A stretch of 64,000 nt of DNA from Asterias rubens (Eukaryota), in assembly GCF_902459465.1 (NCBI RefSeq), contig NC_047079.1, forward strand, positions 2,480,001 to 2,544,000. Reading direction: 5' to 3'. The notes below the pieces were generated by a model that saw only the letters and a program-made list of their open reading frames with translations, was not told the origin of the DNA and did no database searches. The translations under genes and the position numbers were made by a program. This document shows, piece by piece, positions 23,501 through 33,080 of this stretch. Positions within the stretch are counted from its first letter, which is position 1. Every line of letters begins with the position of its first letter.

Positions 23501-23931
23501 AGGTGCAATTCCTTCAAGGAAGAAACAGGTGTTAACTGATCCCCTTTAATACCATGGAGATCGTTGTTCATTAGAACAAGTTTCGTTACACTTCCTGCAG
23601 CAGCCACAATGGAGAAAACTGACCCAATATCATCCTTTGTCAGCTTACATCCAATTAGTACCAACATCTTCAATGAAGAAATACAAGGTATTTGCTCTGA
23701 TTTTATACCGTGCAAATTGTTTCTACTCAAACCAACTGTCTGTAATTTGGTAGCTGATTGAAATAACCTGAAAAGTTCAGGGACAGAGAAACAGTCTAAC
23801 TGACAATCTCTTAACCTAAGTGATGTTACAAATGTAGAAATGTTTCTGAGTTCATGTATCTTGTTGTTCATGTTGATCCCAACTACTTCTAATGATAAAT
23901 CACACCTCATTCTAGCCATTATTTGTTCCAT
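17590..23931 (-). CDS. Giant leucine-rich-repeat ORF (2113 aa), C-terminal part of the NLR
   Basis: 34 aa + 39 x 52 aa + 51 aa = 2113. Each unit is a 28-aa Cys-type LRR (LKELHLxxCxI) plus a 24-aa Asn-type LRR (VTxLxLxxNxL). The frame stays open upstream to 24048. Confidence 0.92.
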   Translation of the reverse strand: MEQIMARMRCDLSLEVVGINMNNKIHELRNISTFVTSLRLRDCQLDCFSVPELFRLFQSATKLQTVGLSRNNLHGIKSEQIPCISSLKMLVLIGCKLTKDDIGSVFSIVAAAGSVTKLVLMNNDLHGIKGDQLTPVSSLKELHLNTCGLQSDDIGPVFSVVAASSSVTKLVLEDNDLHGIKGDQITPVSSLKELHLYSCGLQSDDIEPVFSVVAASGSVTKLVLYDNDLPGIKGDQITPVSSLKELHLHSCGIQSDDIGPVFSVVAAAGSVTRLVLNENDLHDIKADQITPVSSLKELHLYSCGIQSDDIGPVFSVVAAAGSVTTLFVMDNNLHGIKADQITPVSSLKELHLCACSIKSDDIGSVFSIVAAAGRVTTLVVKDNDLHGIKADQITLVSSLKELHLYSCGIQRDDIGPVFSIVAAAGNVTRLVLNENDLRGIKADQITPVSSLTELYLCACSIKSDDIGPVFSIVAAAGNVTRLVLNENDLRGIKADQITPVSSLKELHLCACSIKSDDIGSVFSIVAAAGSVTTLFVMDNNIHGVKADQITLVSSLKELHLHSCGIQRDDIGPVFSIVAAAGNVTRLVLNENDLRGIKADQITPVSSLTELYLCACSIKSDDIGPVFSIVAAAGSVTTLVVKDNNLHGIKADQITPVSFLKELHLCACSIKSDDIGSVFSIVAAAGSVTTLFVMDNNIHGVKADQITPVSSLKELHLYSCGIQRDDIGPVFSIVAAAGNVTRLVLNENDLRGIKADQITPVSSLTELYLCACSIKSDDIGPVFSIVAAAGNVTRLVLNENDLRGIKADQITPVSSLKELHLCACSIKSDDIGSVFSIVAAAGSVTTLIVMDNNLHGIKADQITPVSSLKELHLCACSIKSDDIGSVFSIVAAAGSVTTLVVKENNIHGVKADQITLVSSLKELHLYSCGIQRDDIGPVFSIVAAAGNVTRLVLNENDLRGIKADQITPVSSLTELHLCACSIKSDDIGPVFSIVAAAGSVTTLVVKDNNLHGIKADQITPVSSLKELHLCACSIKSDDIGSVFSIVAAAGSVTTLFVMDNNLHGIKADQITPVSSLKELHLCACSIKSDDIGSVFSIVAAAGSVTTLFVMDNNLHGIKADQITPVSSLKELHLCACSIKGDDIGSVFSIVAAAGSVTRLVLKDNNIHGIKADQITPVSSLKELHLCACSIKSDDIGSVFSIVAAAGSVTTLFVMDNNLHGIKADQITPVSSLKELHLCACSIKSDDIGSVFSIVAAAGSVTTLFVMDNNLHGIKADQITPVSSLKELHLCACSIKSDDIGSVFSIVAAAGRVTTLVVKDNNLHGIKADQITPVSSLKELHLYSCGIQRDDIGPVFSIVAAAGNVTRLVLNENDLRGIKADQITLVSSLKELHLHSCGIQRDDIGPVFSIVAAAGNVTRLVLNENDLRGIKADQITPVSSLTELYLCACSIKSDDIGPVFSIVAAAGSVTTLVVKDNNLHGIKADQITPVSSLKELHLCACSIKSDDIGSVFSIVAAAGSVTTLFVMDNNLHGIKADQITPVSSLKELHLYSCGIRSDDIGSVFSIVAAAGSVTRLALKDNNIHGIKGDQITPVSSLKELHLCACSIKSDDIGSVFSIVAAAGSVTTLFVMDNNLHGIKADQITPVSSLKELHLCACSIKSDDIGSVFSIVAAAGRVTTLVVKDNDLHGIKADQITLVSSLKELHLYSCGIQRDDIGPVFSIVAAAGSVTKLALKDNNLHGIKADQITSVSSLKELYLHSCGLQSDDIETVFTIVAAAGSVTTLLLEDNDLHGIKGDQITPVSSLTDLRLCACSIKSDDIGPVFSILAAAGGVMTLFLMKNNLHGIKADQITPVSSLKELHLYSCGLQSDDIEPVFSIVAAAGNVTTLALKDNNIHGIKADQITPVSSLKELHLYTCGLQSDDIEPVFSIVAAAGSVTTLALKDNNIHGIKGDQITLVSSLKELHLHSCGIQRDDIGPVFSIVAAAGSVTTLGLIENNLHGFKADQITPVSSLMQLFLVKCSLQSDDMNPLLTTVAAAGSIHKVWLNGNNLRGIKGNQITPVSSLKFLSLYDCGLQNEDLKAYAEFLNMLIRGSVLYIPPPTFEELLELLNLFPV
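17680..23830 (-). repeat. Coding tandem repeat, 156-bp unit, about 39 copies
   Basis: ttccttcaaggaagaaac recurs at 19141 and 19297 (156 bp apart) and throughout the array. Confidence 0.95.
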
Positions 23932-23989
23932 GAGGTCTAAATCGGTTTGTCCTTGACACGTAATCGTTAAATGTGAAACACAATGCGGA

Positions 23990-25657
23990 CTAGATCGTGT
24001 TGGTAGGTTTTGAATGAAATAAGTGTGCAGCCAAGAGGTCTTCTCCTTTCAGATCATATGGGAATCTTACCCACTCATCCATCGCGAGGGGTTTTACAGC
24101 CGAACCGAGCTTGGCTTCAAACAAAGACAACATTATTATCCTGTGTAAACAGATATACCTCTGAAGTCCAACAGGAGAGATGTTATTGGAAACTGAAAGG
24201 CGTTTTTTTATCAGGTGTATAACGAATTCTGCTGCTTTTTTGGTTCTCCCGCTGCAGAAACGGAGTAAGTATTCGATTCTTTCTACGTCGCCGTCTAACA
24301 ATTTTGACATGTGATCATTAAATTTGTCTGGATTTGACTCTGCCATACCAGAAAGGTACACGGAACAACAAAACTGCATGAATATCATGTGGTAGAAATG
24401 GACTTGTTCAACCTCTTCTATACCGTGCATGAATTGAACTCGGGTCAGCAAGCCAACTTCACATCCCAAACTGACAAGGTCTTCTGAATCAAACTCTGAA
24501 ACCGTGAAGGAATTTTGTGCATGGCTTTTTTTCATTAAACTCTCAAGTGCAACCTGCCCAAGTTTTGCAACCAGCTCATTAAACGCTTTTTCTGTAAGCT
24601 TCTCGGAGGGCTTGGATGTGCAGTATTTGCTCATCTTTTGCTTATGGATTATGTTGACTGCGTCACTGAGCAGTTCTGTAATCCTGTCTGGTAGTCGACT
24701 TCCGGCCTGTGTTAAAGACGAACACATCAGCCAAAGAAACAGAGGAATCTCCCCTAAACTGCGCAGTGTTTCCGACTTACTTATTTCAGAAAGTACATAA
24801 TCGTGATATTGGGGATCAAAGTTGCTGAAATAGTTGCGGATATATTCTTTCTTATTTTTTTCATCGAATCCAACTATATTTACTCTTGTGAAATCTGGGT
24901 TGCAAGTCAGTAACTTAAGGGCCGTAGACTGACGACTTGTTACAATTACCTTACAGCGTTTAAGCGACTTGAATGAGAGGACATTGTTAACACTGAAGTC
25001 TTCGTTTGCCATTTGTAGTCTCTCGAATGGGATTTCGTCTGCTCCATCAAGAAGGATGAGAACTTTCTCTGGGTTTTGTGTCATATAATTCTCAACACTC
25101 TTTTTCCCAAAATCATTGTGAGGCAATATTTGAGAATATATTTCATCTGTAATATTGAACTTTGCCTTCATTTGGTTTATTTCCAACAAAAAGACGAGCT
25201 CGTACTTTGACAGAGGCGACTCTCGTTTTTGTTGAGTCACGTGAGTATCCCTCTGTAAAACAGCCCAGTCATAAGCTATCTTCTTTAAAAGCGTTGATTT
25301 ACCATACCCACTTTCAGCAGTGATTAAGATTCTGTTCTTATCAAAGCTTAACATGTCTTCGTATGACTTGAGGGGAATTTTCTTATACTCTGTTCGGGTT
25401 TTATCGGTCTCGTTTTCGCCGTTTAATGTCAATGTGTACTGTGTGATCGGTTTCATGTTTTCCTTTAACTAAACTTGACTGCAATATGAGTGGCTTATCA
25501 GGTTGGTTTGTTTCTTGCAAAAGTTCTAAACTTACATAAAGTTGATCCATATCACGAGCTAGATGCTTAGCTGTAGGATGTGTGTTCACTTTCATTGTTT
25601 CCTTGTAATGACTCACCAAAGTCTCAACCAGCGCTTTGCAGTGCAGATCCATCTCAC
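23990..25657 (-). pseudogene. NLR NACHT/winged-helix/HD2 region, 5' part of the large terminal exon, with two +1 frameshifts
   Basis: Phase-1 acceptor gtacag|GT at 25657. Walker A ITAESGYGKST, Walker B LILLDGADE, sensor-1 VIVTSR, IPLFLWLMC and FYHMIFMQF. Frame changes fall in windows 25404-25468 and 23993-24048. Confidence 0.9.
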
Positions 25658-26624
25658 CTGTACGAAACATATTGAGCAATTCTGGGTTAAAACAAAGGAA
25701 CAATTTGAACCTAATTTGAACCTACATGTACATCCTCCGGCGCTCCACCAAGTCCTCAATCTAGCTCTTTAAGGAACACGTTGCCTTGGATCGGACGAGT
25801 TGGTCTATAAAAAGCGTTTGAAACCGTTTGTTATGAAATGCATATGGTTAGAAAGATGTTTTAAAAGTAGAATATAATTATCCAGACAAGTATCACTTAA
25901 AATTGCACGGTTTTCCTTTTACGTAGCGAACTAACACGGTCGGCCATTATGGGAGTCAAAAATTTGACTTCTACTTTTACAACATCTTTCTACCCATATG
26001 CATTTTATAACAAACGGTTACAGAACGCTTTCCAAAGACCAACTCGACCGATCCAAGGCACCGTGTTCCTTTAAACGCTTGCGGTCTCGCTACTTTGTTA
26101 GTATTTTTTTATGCAATTCACCAGACACACAAGGCCTGAAGGCCACTTCAAGGTGTGGGCTACAATTGTTGTTCTTCCAGGGGCCGTTGCCACCTACTCC
26201 GGGGGCTGAAACAGGGATACCCATTTATTTACAGTCATCAGAAGCAATAGGCCTACAGCCTGAACTGCCGCGAAGCCAATGATTTTACGAATCAACCCAT
26301 GAACCACCAGGAAAGGGATCACTTTATCGACCTGCAAGGTTTTACACGGCAGTTTACGAACGAGTCACTACCTTTTTATTAGGTGTTGGGGCCAACAGCC
26401 TGGAAAAACCTCTTATTTTTGTTCGTTTTGATGACTTCATCCAATCTTGAGTTATGAAAACTCTGGATCTACACAATGGATTCTTACAATCAATACATCA
26501 TCGGAAAGGTCATTACAAACTCTGTAAACGCCTCACAGACATGACCCCATTTTGACCTTGTCTTCCGGGTCAAAATCGAGGTTGAAATATTCCACCAGTG
26601 GCCGTGCGTAAAGATTTTACACGT

Positions 26625-28776
26625 GGGTCATTCCATGTCAGACCAACGCACTTTTTCACCTCATGTCTTCCGATTTTGATAAAAATCGCTGTGATTGTAG
26701 GTCCTTATGAGCAATGAATGCTCAGCAATTTTATGCCCGATCGGACTTACCATGTGGTCAGGGCAGAAACCAATAAAATCTGACATTTTTAGGATAAAAT
26801 ACCACCTATTTGGTAAAAATATGTCATAACCATGTCAAATCTCATCACATATATGCAAGTTGGTATCAAAATGATGAGAGTTGCATGCTCAAATCAGTTC
26901 TTTTGTCAAAAATAAATTTTCTGAAATGTAGGTCACTGTAATCTTTAATATGTTATCGTGACCTTTAACCCAGTTTTTGAAATAATGTTTCATTCCAAAA
27001 ATCAATGAAATAAAAATCTCTTGATAGAGCATGTCTTCCTTTATCAGAATCCACTAAGAAACAGTTGGGCTCTTAAAAGCTAAACAACTTTATGACTATT
27101 TTTGTACAAGTACCGTGATCTTTAATATGTTATCGTGACCTTTGACCCAATTTGTGAAACAATGCACCATTCAAAAAATCAACAAAAGAAAAATCACTTG
27201 ATAGAACATGTTTTTCTCTATCACAACCAACCAAGAAACAACTGGGCTCTTCAAAATTTACAATTTTATTACAATTTGTGTACAGTTGTTAGATCACAAA
27301 CTAGTCAATTTATATACTTAACATAATAAATCCACCAACAAACCTCACTCTTCTGTTTCTAAAATTACTTAAAGTGTTCACGATTTGCGATTTGTTTCTT
27401 GTTGAGGGTTGATGTGGTTTAACCAGAATCAGAATTCTGGGGTGGGCCATATTTTCCCCAAAAATTTCTTTCGAAGATTGTAAAACAAAAATCAAAACAA
27501 ATCAAACAAACAAATTGAATACCTTGGATCAATCCCCCAGACCCATCGTACCCCACCCCCTCCCCCTTTCGGGTGCACCACTGAGATTATTAGTGATCCC
27601 AGTTAGAGATTACATCAAGGTTGAGATGGAGAAGCTGTCTGCCTTCCTTCAGTAGATCACAAACTTATGCAGTCTTACTTTAACCCCCTGTGATGAATCT
27701 TGAACAACAAATTAATGCATAGTAACTTTCTGAGAAATCCTCAAGAACAATTTGTTCACCATGCTGCAACTCTGACTTCAGTGCCCATTTTAATAGAGCT
27801 GCTCAGCAGCAGATTTTGTGCTAACTGTGCGATTTCCATTTAACCGTACAGCACACGAAAAGGCATGCTAACTTTCCGATGAAGTCAGAGTTGCAGCATG
27901 GTGGCATTTGTTGTTTACCATCTTGGATAAAAATTTGGCTTCGAAAAAAAGCTTCCCCCCCCCCACCCACAACCCAAATTAAGTCTCGGGTGCGTCACTG
28001 CTGGTATTTTAAAGTATGATTCTGGTTAGACCACATCCGCCCTTAACATGAAAAATCCCAAACCAATAACAATTTTAGTAACTTTGGACAGTTTTTTATT
28101 TTTATTTATTTTAGTAAAGTACATGTATAAATTGATTAATTTGTAACCTACTAACTGTACAAAAATAGTCTTTAAGTTGTAAATTTTGAAGAGCCGAGTT
28201 GTTTCTTAGTGGATTCTGATAGAGGACGACATGCTCTATCAAGTGATTTTCATTTCATTGACTTTTGGAATGATGCGTTATTTCAAAAATTGGGTCAAAG
28301 GTCACGATAACATATTAAAGATCATAGTGACTTGTACAAAAATAGTCTTGTAAATTTTGTAGAACCCAACTGTTTCTTAGCGGATTCTGAAAGAGGAAGA
28401 CATGCCCTATCAAATGATTTTTATTTCGTCGATTTTTGGAATGATACATTATTTCAAAAAAGGGGTCAAAGGTCACGATAACATATTACAGAGTACAGTG
28501 ACCTAAATTTCAGAAAAAAATGTTTTTGAAGAAAGAATTGATTTTTACAAGCAATTCTCATCAATTTGATACCAAATTTGCATATGTGATAAACATTTAC
28601 ATGGTTATGACATATTTTTACCAAAGAAGGTGGTCTGCCCTGACCACATGGAAAGTCCGATCGGGCTAAAAATTGCTGTGCATTCATTGCTCATTAGGAC
28701 CTACAAGCACAGCAATTTTTATCAAAATTGGAAGACATGAGGTAAAAAAGTGGGTTGGTCTGACATGGAATGACCC
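26625..28776. mobile_element. Non-autonomous long-TIR DNA transposon (~650-700-bp inverted arms, GGG...CCC ends, ACGT on both flanks), Sola2-like
   Basis: gggtcattccatgtcagaccaac at 26625 mirrors gttggtctgacatggaatgaccc ending at 28776. Arms ~26625-27330 and ~28130-28776 are diverged inverted copies. The superfamily call is inference. Confidence 0.6.
27757..27903. mobile_element. Small MITE with perfect 24-bp TIRs nested in the long-TIR element
   Basis: caccatgctgcaactctgacttca / tgaagtcagagttgcagcatggtg. Confidence 0.7.
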
Positions 28777-30185
28777 ACGTACAACACGTGTTGAGTCACG
28801 CTTCAGTGCTCATCCATAGAGCGCAATGCTTCTTCGTTCAAGGCGTTTTTAACATACAGTTCCCTTACGATTACTACTAGTCTGTACTGTACAGTCGTCA
28901 ATATTTCATAAGTTCATATTTCCCAAACCACAGAAGCTATTTTGACAATCTATACATCATATTGAAGGGCTCTACGTACTTTACAAAAACGGATATGTTG
29001 GTGACCTTCTCGTGACCTTTTGACCTGTCTAAACCAGCAGTACCTGTAATATACTTTGAAAAGACGTCATGTAATGGCTTTTGGGTTGATACATACACCT
29101 TTTCATGCTTTACCATTACAGAATACAACTCTGGCAAAGGTCTGGTTTAAACAAATAATACCGATTATGTCACCAAATGTAAGAGCGCCCTCTAGCGGCA
29201 GATTAAAAACATCTCAACATATACTTCTACTATGTCTGTGGTAGAGTTTTTGATAATTGTTTCAAAATTGGCACATAATCTCCCTCACAATAGCAACTTA
29301 TATGTGGAGTCTTAGCTTGATGACGTCATCATTGCTTTAAAGGTGCACTTTTGCAAAGCTGAGTGTATGCCAAACCAAAAGTTCGACTGAGGTGAAACTT
29401 GTTGTATTGTTAGTCAAGGACATTAACTTCTTGAACCCGAAAAGACGTCATGATGACGTCATCGTGTTGTTTCGACATGTTTTGTTAGTTACAAATCTTG
29501 AGACGAAGCAAGTTGCAATATTTGTTTTTTACACCAGGCTTTTTACTCCCGGAAACCGAACACCTAGAGTTTGTTCACAAACTCTCAATGTCTAGTTCCT
29601 ATTCATAAATGTCTTTTTGGTTAAAATGCGTAATAAACGAAGAAACTCTGTGAAACTTATCCGTTTACCACGTGCTTGAGCTCTGTACGTCCGTGTGTTG
29701 CATTGTTATGACTTGAGGCGACAGTTTTCGGATCCAATAGGAGACTTTCTGGGATGATAGAGGGCAGCAGACTTACCGGGTAAATCCATTGTTCTCAGAA
29801 TTATGCGCATGTTCAGAACTACGTAAACAATGGAAATTTACCCGGTATGTCTGCTGCCACCTAGCGTTGGAAAGTCTCCTATTGTGCACGTAGTCTTGGT
29901 GCAGGACGATTCTCGTTTTCCTTTCACACACAGCGCGAGCAACTCACCGACAGCGCCCGCATCGCCCTTCAACGAGAAACGTCTTGCACCAAGATTAGCG
30001 CGTAGTATGCATCTCAACGTATCCAAAAACAACCGGTTATAAACAGCTCCAACTGGTCTTTATCAACCGTTCAAACACTCCAACATGAAGCGCTCTCCAC
30101 CAATAAAGGAATAGCGAAACTGTCTGAGGTATTTTTGAATATATAAGTAAAATGGAAACTTTCTGGTTTTTAAAATAAAGCATAC

Positions 30186-30512
30186 CTAATTCTCTGACAA
30201 TGTCAGTACGACCAATTTCTTTAAGTGCCTTCTTCAGCCCGTCCTCAGCCGTCTCTTGGTTTGGTTGCCTTCTAAACCAACCCAGTAGCATCTGGAAGAT
30301 TTGTTCGTTGAGGTCATTTTGGTAATCGCTTTGATATGCGTAAATCTGTTCAGTTTCAAAACCTAAAAAAGTGCCGAGTTTCTTCCAATCTTTTCCAATC
30401 TTTCCGGCTACGACTCGTAACATCTTTTCATCAACACCTGATACTTTTGTTATTGACTGATGTTCTGATGACTGCCTGTTGTGAACTTTGTCTAGGGATG
30501 TGCGTGCATAAC
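30186..30512 (-). CDS. NLR exon: death domain 2 (phase 1-1, 327 nt)
   Basis: VDEKMLRVVAGKIGKDWKKLGTFLGFETEQIYAYQSDYQNDLNEQIFQMLLGWFRRQ...LKKALKEIGRTDIV fits the death-domain pattern. Flanked by ttatag| and |gtatg. Confidence 0.85.
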
Positions 30513-30832
30513 CTATAAGGAGAAAAGCAACCGAAAATTGCGTTGTATTCATTGTATTAATAAAATAATATATCTGGATATATTTCTATAAAGTTTTGCT
30601 GACATAATTTGTTTTGAAGCAAAGGTGAACATGTCGCTAACAACTTTGCTAGTAAAGTTGAGCCAATACTTCTCTCTTAATACTTATGCATGACGTCATA
30701 ATTCTTACCCAAAATGAGGCTATGGGCGCACTTCCCCCATCACTTGCAGTGGCTGCGCCCATCGCCTCGTTTTGAGTTAGCTTTGCGACGTACCTCATGC
30801 ATAAATATTAAGAGAGGCGTATGGGAACCAAC

Positions 30833-31041
30833 GATATCCTTTGGCGTCATTTGGATGGTAAATTGAGTATGTGTCAGTCTGTGCAGCTTTAATGCCTAAA
30901 GAAGTGCCAAGTTGCTTCCAATCTTTTCAATATTCCAATCTACGACTCCTAACATCTCATTAATACCTGATGTATCGGATGTTGACTGATGTTCCAGTGA
31001 CTGCCTCTTGCTACCTGCTCTTGGGGATGTGGGTACATAAC
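30833..31041 (-). pseudogene. Degenerate duplicate death-domain exon, truncated by a palindromic MITE (~30657-30832)
   Basis: TAG|GTTATG acceptor matches the 30512 exon. Reads GYVPTSPRAGSKRQSLEHQSTSDTSGINEMLGVV.., then after a frameshift KDWKQLGTSLGIK. Confidence 0.75.
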
Positions 31042-31845
31042 CTATATAAGAAGAATTACAACCACACAAAGGGTTTTATCTTAAAATCGTGTTAAAGGGT
31101 CTATGTACTTTTTCCTAACACAAAACACAATGCCCACAGATTTACTATAAACTTACACAGTTTGAAGATTACGATAGTAGAAAGCTACCCTTGAAATTTT
31201 ACTTACTGAGGTGCTGTAGTTTTTGAGAAATGAGTAAAACAAATAGTTGTCGTCTCACTTTTGGCATGTAAAAACGTATTAACCAGTTATGCTATGATTA
31301 TGGTGTATAACCATACTAGTTAATGGAATTTTACATGCTAAAATAATGTTCGACTCATGTTAGAGGCAAATTAGTTTGTGACTTGTTTTACTCATTTCTC
31401 AAAAAATATAGAACCTCAGTTAGTAATATTTGAAGGAAAGCTTTCCACTATCATTGTCTTCAAACCCTGTAAGTTTAATGTAAACCTGTGGACATTTTGA
31501 AAAAGAACCCAAATCTTTTAATAAAATAATTTGCCTGATGCAACTGATCTGGTTCCAACATATTGCTGAAATAATTCATGTTACCTTTCGAAAGGTTTAC
31601 CTGTAAAGGTAAGTGCCAAATCAGTCTTGTCTAGCATTATAAGTCAACTGTCGTTTTCAATACCCAAAACGACCAACCTGTGAGGTCATCAATTATTTAT
31701 ACATTTACAGGCAACTGAATGAATGACAGAATAATTTTGTCAAACATTATTCGGCTCAAGTTGACATTGACAAATCAAAAGAAACTGTGATAAAAAAAGC
31801 AATTTGTATGCAAGTGTCATTATAAACCCAAATAATTCAACCAAC

Positions 31846-32159
31846 CTGGGATCCTTGCAGATAAATCCCGCCGACTTATTTGAACCAATGCACTTCTCAA
31901 CCATTCCCTCGCTTGTTCCTTACTATCAGATTGCTTGCTCCACCAAGAAACTAGCATCTGATGAGCCTGTTCTTCTGGGTTGCTCTCAGCGAGACGTTCA
32001 AACTTGCCAATCTCTGCTTGTGTGAACTTAAGCTTGATTGCGAGTTGCTTCCAGTCCTTGCAGAGGTTTGCCGCTAAAGTCCGTAGGAATGTCTCGTCAA
32101 CTGTACTTCCAACAAAACGTTTTTAAAGCTGACTTTATTTTGCCGGGAATTGGCTCCAT
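31846..32159 (-). pseudogene. NLR exon: death domain 1 (first coding exon), with a +1 frameshift near 32120-32124
   Basis: Hand translation, absent from the ORF track: MEPIPGKIKSALK/RFVGSTVDETFLRTLAANLCKDWKQLAIKLKFTQAEIGKFERLAESNPEEQAHQMLVSWWSKQSDSKEQAREWLRSALVQISRRDLSARIP. Acceptor at 32180-32179 and phase-1 donor at 31845. Confidence 0.8.
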
Positions 32160-32450
32160 TTTAAGTATATAGGAACTTCTGATAAATAGCTTGCATAACA
32201 ATTTAAGAATATTTACCATATTACACCCAAAGTTCATCCAAATATCATTCAAATGTCCATCATCAGTTTCATACAAAATACAAACTGTGTTAATGATTTG
32301 GATTGTGTACAGTGTGTTTCAACAAAACCTGCTATGGTCCCACGTTTTACCGTACGCAATCTTTTATAATGAATTACCACATGCAGCTTTTTTTTTCTTA
32401 AATTGCATTTATTGATGTTCACTTGAAGAAGTCATTACAAAGTCACATTT

Positions 32451-32789
32451 CAATAGGAGACTTTTGGGACGTTTGGTTGCAGCAGACTTACCAGGTAAAG
32501 TCATACAGCTATATATGGGTGCGTTCGATTAGCTTCCCCGGGTCGACCCCGGTGTGTGGCGGTTTTTTTTTTCCAGGACGAACGTGTGCAGATAATTACT
32601 CACATTCGTCCTGGAAAAAAAAATCGCCACACACCGGGGTCGAACCAGGGAAGCTAAACGAACGCACCCAACATAGCTCTATAGGTAAATCCATTGTTCT
32701 CGGTAATGTGCGCATGCTCAGAACTACGTAAACAATGGAAATTTACCTGGTAAGTCTGCTGCCGCCTAGCGTTCCAAAGTCTCCCATTG
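32451..32789. mobile_element. Palindromic MITE family E (caatrggagactt...gcagcagacttacc) with a nested palindromic MITE at 32517-32669; other copies 29735-29884, ~41155-41325, ~57046-57342 (nested insert ~57115-57258)
   Basis: Near-perfect inverted arms. The nested element gggtgcgttcg...cgaacgcaccc recurs at ~51769-51898. Confidence 0.75.
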
Positions 32790-32963
32790 AGTGAGTGGAA
32801 GAGAACACTGCTACACAGATTGGCGACTTTGGCTACAGCTACGGCTAGATCAGCGCGTCTGTCAGTGTTGAAGAATAGCAGACGCGCGCGCCCTAGCCGT
32901 AGCTGTAGCCGAAGTCGCCAATTCGGACATGGCCTAAATAGTGAAGAATCCATTATTTACTCA

Positions 32964-33080
32964 CGTGTCGGGGCGCCACCAAGCAAACCTTCTGCTAGTG
33001 TTAGATCAATGTTTGTCTCCGGTTTAATGCCAAGATCAACAAGAGTCAAAGCGTCACACAACTGGGAAAATAATTGACAG
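32964..33080 (-). other. Possible non-coding 5' exon of the NLR gene
   Basis: Strong donor cac|GTGAGT near 32963 lies upstream of the acceptor at 32179 that precedes the ATG at 32159. The upstream boundary is a guess. Confidence 0.3.

Noticed and set aside
17680-23830. CRISPR-like array
   Set aside because: The units are contiguous coding repeats without unique spacers, there are no cas genes, and the context is eukaryotic.
23990-24070. An 81-nt GT-AG intron (GTAAGA...TAG) bypassing the NACHT stop
   Set aside because: Splicing lands in the third frame, not the LRR frame, and would delete protein-like sequence (LLAAH/YFIQ).
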